In this document: positions 53,272 to 61,697 of the stretch, one piece after another
How the letters are laid out: each line of letters starts with the position of its first letter
Numbering within the stretch: the stretch's first letter is position 1
Source: Ostrea edulis
Taxonomy: Eukaryota
Assembly (NCBI RefSeq): GCF_947568905.1
Contig: NC_079172.1
Location: 36,704,001-36,768,000 of the forward strand
Reading direction: 5' to 3'
DNA length: 64,000 nt
The notes under the pieces: model-generated
Seen by the model: only the letters and a program-made list of their open reading frames with translations
Databases searched by the model: none
Told to the model about the DNA's origin: nothing
Position numbers and translations under genes: made by a program

Positions 53272-53485
53272 GGCGGGCGAGTCGACTCTGGGGCCCTTGA
53301 GGCCTGGTGGGCGAGTCGACTCTGGGGCCCTTCAGGCCTGGCGGGCGAGTCGTTGTGGCCGAGTGGACTTACGCACTGGTTTGACAATCTTGCTAGGCGG
53401 TGGGTGCCGTACATTGCTGGTTCGACCCCGGGCGTGGGGCGAAAATTTTCAGTACCTAGTTGTGATTATTTAGTGCTTTATATAT
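53272..53485 (+). mobile_element. tRNA-derived SINE-like element preceded by 2.4 copies of a 34-bp GC-rich unit
   Basis: GTCGTTGTGGCCGAGTGG (A box; Ser/Leu-tRNA-like start) at 53349 and GGTTCGACCCC (B box) at 53419. No clean cloverleaf. Tail ends GTGCTTTATATA. Confidence 0.7.
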
Positions 53486-53561
53486 TAATTAATTGATTAT
53501 CACATGTATCGTTTAGATCCTAGGGGTAAACGTAAGGTTGGGTGTTATAATTGTTTTTGTG

Positions 53562-53564
<3 letters not shown>

Positions 53565-53618
<54 letters not shown>
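53565..53618. repeat. (TA)n microsatellite; a second tract at about 54186-54240
   Basis: Pure TA dinucleotide runs. Confidence 0.98.
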
Positions 53619-53620
<2 letters not shown>

Positions 53621-54105
53621 AAGCACTCAAATGACCAACGACACGAACAACGAGATTGTCAAATTTTCGGGACGACCCGTCCCTTCTTCAGGACAAACAA
53701 AAATAATTACATAATGTGGTCAATATCAACAGAGCATAATAACAACAACTACATATAAATACATCTAGCACTACAACTACACTAATCTACAAACGTATTT
53801 ACAACGCAGACTACATGATTTTGGATCAGCTCTTTGGACGAATAAGGCATGTCCTAATTCGCTCCACTTTTAACATTGATTGGCAAGCCTAAAGACCAAA
53901 AACATGTAGTCTGCGTTGTAAATACGTTTGTAGATTAGTGTAGTTATAGTGCTAGATGTATTTATATGTAGTTTTTGTTATTATGCTCTGTTGATATTGA
54001 CCACATTATGTAATTGTTTTCGTTTGTCCTGAAGAAGGGACGGGTCGTCCCAAAAATATGACAATCTCGTTGTTCGTGTCGTTGGTCATTTGAGTGCTTT
54101 GTATA
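53615..54105. repeat. 203-bp inverted repeat with an 85-bp spacer, resembling inverted Penelope pseudo-LTRs
   Basis: 53615-53817 is the reverse complement of 53903-54105, with about 6 mismatches. Confidence 0.92.
53656..53696 (-). ncRNA. Putative minimal type I hammerhead variant (mutated counterpart at 54024-54064 on +)
   Basis: TTGTC-CTGAAGA-A-GGGAC-GGGTC-GTCCC-GAAA-ATTT-GACAA: extra A after the core and a palindromic AATT stem III. Confidence 0.6.
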
Positions 54106-54181
54106 ATTTTTTGTATTTGACCTTGTATCCATGTTGTGGATCCGACACTTTGAGGTATCGGGTGTTGTTGGAACTTTAGTG

Positions 54182-54243
<62 letters not shown>

Positions 54244-54879
54244 GTACATATATGTGTTAATTATACACGTATGCATATTTTAGAAATATATCTACATGAT
54301 ACCAAACATAGTATAGTAGATAAGGTTGTTTTTCTTTTACATTTAGAGATTTACATGCTAGATAGTAGTATTTTTCAATTTAAAAAAAAGCAGCATGAAA
54401 TAATATTGTTCATGGTAAAGATAAAATGAAGGAATATAAGTGGAAATCATTCTCGCATTGATTGCTTTAAATGATAATGATAGTAATAAAAAGACAAAAT
54501 ATATTTAGGTGTCAAAAAGATATCAATATGTAAAATCTAATATACACTTAAAAAGCAATGATTGATCCATATTGTTGCAAGGGAGACACAATCACAAACA
54601 GTTCACCACTTCCCTAACAACAAGTACTGATGAACAGGTCACCCTCAATTAATGATGGAATGCTATTGTTGGAAACTAAATATCAAATACGCAGTACATA
54701 TTATCGCAATACATTTGTGTTATGATATAAAGGATGAAAGTAACAAAAGAAATTCTCTCAAATAATTTATGATCTAGGAAATCGTATTTTGATTTCTTTA
54801 ATGTTAAGTATGTTCTATAGCAGTCTAATTGAACCTATATTAACAGATTATTCATACTTTCAGTTTTGTTTTCAAGACT

Positions 54880-55975
54880 TAACATAATTTTACTTTTGTA
54901 AATTCTAAAACCAATATATGAAATCACAAAGTTAAATGTATGCACTTTAAAAAAAGCCGAGAACAATATGTTTCCATCGAATGTCAATTTCGAGCACCAT
55001 TTCAACAGTATTCCATATCTGTCTTACATTTTGACATTCAAACATTAAATGTGCATTGTTTTAAATGACATCAGTACAAAATGTACAGTTTCTATGAACA
55101 TCTTTTTTCCATTTGCTAAGTAGATAATTGTTGCATAAAAGATTGTGCAAAAGTTTATAGTTAAATTCAGCAACACTTTTATCAACAACTTTGTATACAT
55201 TCTTTCTATAAATATTAGTCCAGTCTGACTTTTCCAACATACGTCTTTTCCCACATACTTTCCATATATGATCTTTGAAACTTATCATCAACAAAAATAT
55301 CTAAAAGAAGATTTGCCAATTTATAGATTCAATTTTTTCACTTTTAAATAAAACCATGTTTTCTTTTTCTGAATGGTATTTTGTCTTATGACTTATTTTA
55401 TTAAAAACGTTTCTTAGTATTTCATATCCACACAACCAGTTATGTTGGTTTTTAAGATTTGAAAAATCAGTAATATCCTTGAATCCAATTTCATTAAACA
55501 GATCATCTACTTTTCAAATACCACTTTTCATCCAATTCGAAAAACAAAGTGTCTCATTTTTATAAGTAAATCTTTTATTTTTCCAAATATTTGGGAAAAT
55601 TGTAATGTTGTTGATTTGCCCTTAATTAGCTTCATTGAAATATGTAATGGTTTCTCCATAAAATAGGGTATGTATTTATGTAACATTCCACTTTCATTCA
55701 AAAATGAGTCGTTTGTCTTTGATAGATAGTAAATATCCTTGATTCCTTTGACAAAAACTCTGGAAAAAGTGTTTTAATTTATGGTTACATGAGATTATTT
55801 TGGGGATCCATGATGCTTTAAGCGCTTTGAATTTGGATTTTGAGTCAACTATGTGTATTTCCACAATGTTAGATAAGACTCAGGTAGAGGGGACTAGCTT
55901 CTTTTGAATTGAATTGTTGACAATATTCATTTCTTTCGTATTTTTCATATTTCCATTTCCGTCATGTTTGATACA
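54880..55975 (-). mobile_element. L1/Tx1-clade LINE ORF2 C-terminal relic (zf-RVT region)
   Basis: DWTNIYRKNVYKVVDKSVAEFNYKLLHNLLCNNYLLSKWKK...CTFC, then HLMFECQNVRQIW...IRWKHIVLGF, and upstream SKFKALKASWIPK. Frameshifted. Confidence 0.8.
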
Positions 55976-56784
55976 ATTCTCACCCGCTACTTTTCTATTT
56001 CATCAAATTTAGACAAAATGCGTGTTCATGGTCGTTCAAGTCATTTGAATGAACAAACGGCGGTGAGAGGGAAGGTAGAAAGTAGAGCTGATTTCAGATT
56101 TATTCAGTTTTCAGAATAGTATCACACTGAATATCTCACTCCCATCACCCTCACCACTGTACTAGATATAGTTCCCTCCTTTTTAAACTTCGAAAGATAG
56201 TTATATCTAAGAATTTATGTATAGTATTCACAGGTACTTAAACAAAAGTTTCCTGTAATTTCTGTCTTCACCACATTGAGCTTAATCTTATGAATTAAAA
56301 TCAATATGATGAAAATCCCTGTCACTATTTCCATTTATCATATACTTTATTGCAACAGGACGATTTTTAGGGGGGGGGGGATGGTTATGGTGTTTGATTT
56401 AACTTGACGGTGTTTAATTGAAACCGGAAGGTAATCCTAATTCCATAATTCCTGACTTTCAGTAAGAATATTAGTGAACACTATGATATTTTGGTATGTG
56501 TGAATGTTCCTTTATCTATTTTTAAATCGTGTTTTAAAAATCGTCAGCATATCGCACACAGAAGTAATGTATTGACATTGCCAGAATAAATGTTGACATT
56601 GAACAAAAAAAATAATTTTATGCCGATTTCGGAATTATCAAACAAAGGGTTCAATATTGAAATCACTCGGGGTTGTGTCTATGTGTAACTTTACAAATCC
56701 TCATGCTAGAAAATCTCGATAATCCCATCTTTTTATATATATATGAGCATCAATATAAATCAGATATATTAAATAATTCAATTA

Positions 56785-57125
56785 TAATGATCAACAGTCT
56801 CGTTTAAAATCAGCATTTCGCAAATTATATGGTCGTGAAAACAATCAATACAACCTATCATTGGGTCAAATGTTGTTTGACTTGTTTCGTACCTATCGTT
56901 AGACTGTTCTTGGCACACTAACTTTGACTACGGAATACTTCGTTTACCTGATTAAGATATAGGATTCACAGCAGGTGTGACCGGTGGACAGGAGATGCTT
57001 ACTCCTCCTTGACACCTGATCCCACATATAATATATCGAGAGGTCCATGTTTGCCCAACTCTCTATTTTGTATCGCTTGTGGGAGTTATGAGACTGATTA
57101 CTGTTCGTTATCTTTGCCTTTCACC
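56785..57125 (+). mobile_element. Penelope-like 3' end
   Basis: Same recurrent tail as 30350-30720. Confidence 0.8.
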
Positions 57126-57469
57126 GAATCGGATTCCAAAAGAGGTGTCAGAAAATATTGTAATCAGACAACTACAATCTCTTAATGTAAAATTGTTTAC
57201 AAATTAATGAATTAATAAAGGAGATCAATTTCTTGATGAAGAGCGTCAAAATAGGATTTTCCTTTATTTTGATGTAAAGTTTTGTAAGGAACTCATTTCG
57301 AGTATGAATTATGCGCATTCATAACACAAATATCAGTTTTATAACTAACAGCTAATTCATTTATTACTTCTGGTTGTATTTCTTTATCATAAAGTATATA
57401 TCTTCCTCACAAATTTTTTTTTTTTTGAAAAAATGTCATAATATCTAAGTAACGGGCACTAAGGAGCGG

Positions 57470-58228
57470 AGGTGTTGTACATGTGTGATGGGGTGCTGTA
57501 TGGGTGTGATGGGATGTTGTGAGGGTGTGATGGGGTGTTATTTGGGTGTGATGAGGTAATGTATATGTGTGATGGGGTGCTGTATGGGTGTGATGGGGGT
57601 GTTGTGTGGGTGTGATGGGGTGTTCTGTGGGTGTGAAAAGGGTGTTGTGTGGTTGTGATGGTGTATTGTATGAGTGGGATGAGGTTATCGTATTGGTATG
57701 TTGGGGTGTTGTGAGGGTGTGATGGGAGTGTTGTGGGTGTGATGGGGTGTTGTACAGGTTTGATGAGGTGTTATTCGGGGGTGATAGAGTGTTGTGTGGG
57801 TGTGGTGGGGTGTTGTATGGGTGTGATAGGGTGTTGTGTTGGTGTGTTTAAATATTGGGTGTGTGATCGGGTCTTGTATGGGTGGATGGGTTGTTGTGTG
57901 GGTATGATAGGGTGTTGTGTGGGTGTGATGGGTGTTGTATGAGTGTAATGGGGTGTTGTATGGTGTGATGGGGTGTTGTATAGGTGTGATTGGGTGTGGT
58001 ATGGATGTGATGGGTGTTATGTGGGTGTGATGGGTGTGTTGTTCGGATGTGATGGGGTGTTTTATGGGTGTGATTGGGTGTTTTGTTCGTGTGATGGGGA
58101 GTTGTTTGGGTATGATGGGGTATTTTGTGCGGGTGTGACAGTTTTTTGAAGGTGTGGTGGGATGTTATGAGAGTGTAATGGGGTGTTGCTAGGTTGTGAC
58201 GAGTGTGTTGTGCAGGGGTGTTGTGATG
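57470..58228. repeat. 21-bp G/T-rich minisatellite, about 36 degenerate units
   Basis: Unit GATGGGGTGTTGTATGGGTGT and variants; almost no C on the + strand. Confidence 0.92.
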
Positions 58229-59249
58229 AATGAATTCGGGATGTTTACCTTCTTAGCACCCTCTTCTATCTGGTACTTCCAGGGGTAAAATTGTACTCAA
58301 CGGCTAGTGAAAGTATTATTCACTATCGGAAGAGTGTTTTAGAAGAATTTAGACGTATATCCCAAAAAGTATCAACAAGTGATGTTTTTGATTTTCATAA
58401 TTTTTTTGTTTGAAAAAATAAAACATTTAGCTGCGTCTTTGAGACATACCTTATTTCAAGGGCATTTGCTGTCATTTTGTCACCACATTGAATCTAATGG
58501 AAATTGCTTTTCATAAATACATACAACACCATTATTTAATAATTTCAAACACTTTTTAACTTCAAAGGATGGACATGAATATGTGATTTTGATGATTTGA
58601 TAATTATTGTCTTGCAAGACAATAATTCTTCCATATATTTTTTTTTACACTAAAATCGGTTATGTAACGTAGTTTTGTTAGGTTTCTCTTTTTTTGTAAA
58701 AAAAAAAAATGAATGTTTTTATTAGTCAGTGTTATATATATTTTATGTCATTGAAAGATTTTGAGACAAAAATAGCTATCATCACTTCCACAGTCAATGC
58801 CTCATTCAACTATTTATATTATTCATTAAATCAAAGCGAATTTTGGCCCTTAAATTATTATTGGTAAACAATACACCTTTTTTATCATTCCGGAAAATCA
58901 CCAACAATAAAACAGAATAATTGACAGTTTGTATCGGTCTTTTGATTGTGAAAGTATACTTCATATAAGGTGCTTTATGGAACAGATTAATTGGAATTTT
59001 GATGGAATGATTCACCTTAGTAGTGTTTATGAGATTGGTTGTCGTGTTTTATCTTCACCTTTTCATCAACACTAGAGAGGAACAGCATTCAACCCAACTT
59101 CATAATTTATTGATGGCTTTTCTGATATGTATCATTCCGTCTTCTTTCCAGATCATATATTAAATGTTCTTGATTTTTATTCATTGCGATCTAATTAAGC
59201 AATTCCGTGTCAATGATTGCCGGGTAATCAATATATCTTTTTAATATAG

Positions 59250-59321
59250 ATCTGTGTCCCGCAATCAACTAACAACGTTGGAGAAGGGAGCGTTTGAAGG
59301 ATTGGGAAATCTAGAGTCTCT
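59250..59321 (+). CDS. Internal coding exon, one 24-aa LRR (x-SVSRNQLTTLEKGAFEGLGNLESL), phase 2-2
   Basis: CTTTTTAATATAG acceptor, GTAAGT donor, exactly 72 nt, open frame; paralog of 1090-1161. Confidence 0.92.
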
Positions 59322-60084
59322 GTAAGTATCTCTATATACACTTTGCTCACTATGAACTATTCTTAAATTGGAATCTGAACTATTCTATTTAAAAATGAAT
59401 ACTCATGTTATCGAAAAGCATCGACTTTTAGTTGACCCGTTTTTCTATTCCTATAAAGCAGAGTTTATTCAAAAGTTTCCACATGAGAAGAAAAAAAAAC
59501 TTCTTGCTGTGGTGTCGACACTTAGATATATTTACGACGTTTATTTATTAACAATAATCAGTTTTATTCATATCTCGATTCGATATATCCCTGTGAACTC
59601 GAAATAAAGGCACCACAGAGTCCTCAACATTTGCTTCGTACATAGATATTTGATTGAAAATAGATGTTATCTGCAAACTAACAAGTCCAATTTATGACAA
59701 ACGGGATGTTTTCAGTTCCTCATTTGTCAACTTCCCATATCTATGTATTATATAATGCCAGGATTCAATTATTATGATGTCTTTTACATTTACTCCATTA
59801 TCTATTATTGATTGTCATTTACTTCTATGGGGAACAGAAGCTCAACATGTTGAAATAAACCAACATACTTAATCAAAGTTAGAGATTCTGGAAAACGTAG
59901 ATATCACTGCGTCACACCATGCTCTATTCAAATAACTGACTATTAATACATGAATATTCATCTATCTTTTTAATGTAACTAAGAAATGATTATGTCTATT
60001 TATCATAGTAGTTAGTATATTGACATTTGGAATTAAGGTGATAGTCCCGTGCGTTGGAAGAACTTATGTTGAAACCGTTGTATA

Positions 60085-60108
60085 TAGCTGCAATAATGTA
60101 GCCCTCTC

Positions 60109-60146
<38 letters not shown>

Positions 60147-60928
60147 GGAGAGGGCTACAACTCCTTAGGATCTCCGTAATGGTGCAAATGCGGGAGTGAT
60201 TCACTCCCGCAACATTTGCGCTCATTCTAAACATTTCCTGACTTTCTTTACGTAAATAAAATGATATTTTATGTTTCTTAGTCATTATATAAATTTACAA
60301 CCTGCAACTTTAGATTTGTGAGGCTCTATTCTACCGTTTTCAACAATTTCGATAAATTCCAATTTCTCGATTCATATTTGTGCGCCATGTTTGATGTACT
60401 GAAGTTTCAACTTCCGGTTGTCAAGTCATTTGCATATGCCATATAAGGTAGTATTTACATCAATGGAAAAGTATGGAGGCGAAAGCTATTTCGTCGGTAT
60501 TGAAAAGGTTTGAATTTAATATCAAGTTAAAAACCGAACAGCAGAGTGTAAATTCTTTCTGCAACAATATGATTTTCCTTTCTTTGTCGAAGTGGCTCGA
60601 GTAACTACATTTTCGCGCTGATTGTCAATGATTAGGCTTTTCATTAGATCCACCTACGAGATCTCGCGATAACAAGCATGGCGGAGCAGACGAAGAATTT
60701 TGCATCCTGTACATTATATTTAATGAAAAACACCTTTATTAGACATGCCCGAGCACAAAGTTGGTACTCCTTTTGGTGTAAACAACATTTGGGAGTAATA
60801 CACAGAGTTTATCATCGGTTATTCATAAAATTATTTTGCACCATTACGGAGATCCTATGGAATTGTAGCCCTATCCCGAAAACGTCAGAATTAAAAAAAA
60901 AATGGATAGGGCTACATTATTGCAGCTA
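60085..60928 (-). mobile_element. 844-bp hAT-like MITE, young insertion
   Basis: TIR TAGCTGCAATAATGTAGCCCT at both ends. 8-bp TSD GTTGTATA (60077-60084, 60929-60936). The empty site ATTGTATA is at about 1646. Confidence 0.9.
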
Positions 60929-61410
60929 GTTGTATATGATATACACTCATACAATGAAATCTGTTTAAATCAATCGTATTTATGTAGCAATATTTACCAT
61001 TATTACCCCCATGTGATGTATAAATTTCTAAATTTATTCAATACACATATGCTTGTTCTACGTATAATCAGGCTACTAAAGTTGATGTTACAGGGGTTTC
61101 AAATATCTCCTTTTAAAGCAGTATTTCGCAATTTTATGGTCGTTACAATGATCTAGTCTGTCAATACAACTAGTCTTTGAATAGAATGCTCTCTGACGTG
61201 TTTCATATCGATTGTTAGACCTTTCTTGGGGCACTGATTTGACTAAAATTAATCTGTTTACCTGATCAAGGTATAGGGCTCACGGCATGTGAGCTGTGAC
61301 CGGCTGTGACCGGTGGACAGGGGACGGTTACTCCTTCAAGGCACCTTATCCCAACTCTAATATATCCAGTAGTTCGTGATTGCTCAGCTCTTTATTTTGT
61401 ATTCCTTATA

Positions 61411-61697
61411 TTCCTAAGTACTTCGTTACTAGAAAATACGGATGTATATTTAATTGCTGTTATAAAATTTAGAAATTCATTTCAAAATTAAGTATTATCT
61501 CCCTCATGCATAGCTCTTATCATTAGACGAATTTGCCTCCACTGTTTTTGGCACGCTGTTTTTGGCTATAATAGCTCTAAAACTTCATTGTTATTTCGGA
61601 TTTCAAATATTTCTGTTGATCATCACTGAAGAGCCATTATTTGTCGAAATGCGCATCTGGTGCATCAAAATTGGTACCGTATAAGTTTTACATTATA
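61411..61697 (+). mobile_element. Partial copy of the 352-bp retrozyme-like repeat inserted into a Penelope-like tail
   Basis: Homologous to 20609-21150 but starting at a different register. TTATA at both ends; absent at about 2125. Confidence 0.8.
61621..61662 (+). ncRNA. Type I hammerhead ribozyme with intact catalytic core
   Basis: CATCA-CTGAAGA-GCC-ATTATTT-GTC-GAAA-TGCGCA-TC-TGGTG: one mismatch in stem II, palindromic stem III, ATC cleavage triplet. Confidence 0.8.

Noticed and set aside
53349-53440. Functional tRNA gene
   Set aside because: A and B boxes are present, but acceptor and anticodon stems do not close properly; called a tRNA-derived SINE instead.
53504-54276. Two ORFs with YIYIYI runs and a shared peptide
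   Set aside because: Artefacts of (TA)n tracts and the 203-bp inverted repeat.
57169-57220. LRR-like reading QLQSLNVKLFTN, a possible decayed exon
   Set aside because: Needs two frameshifts to continue the consensus, lacks the Asn and a correctly placed acceptor and donor; consistent with chance in AT-rich DNA.
57733-57942. Cys/Gly-rich ORF resembling a metallothionein or keratin-associated protein
   Set aside because: It is the 21-bp minisatellite read in frame (7-aa period); there are no splice or promoter signals.
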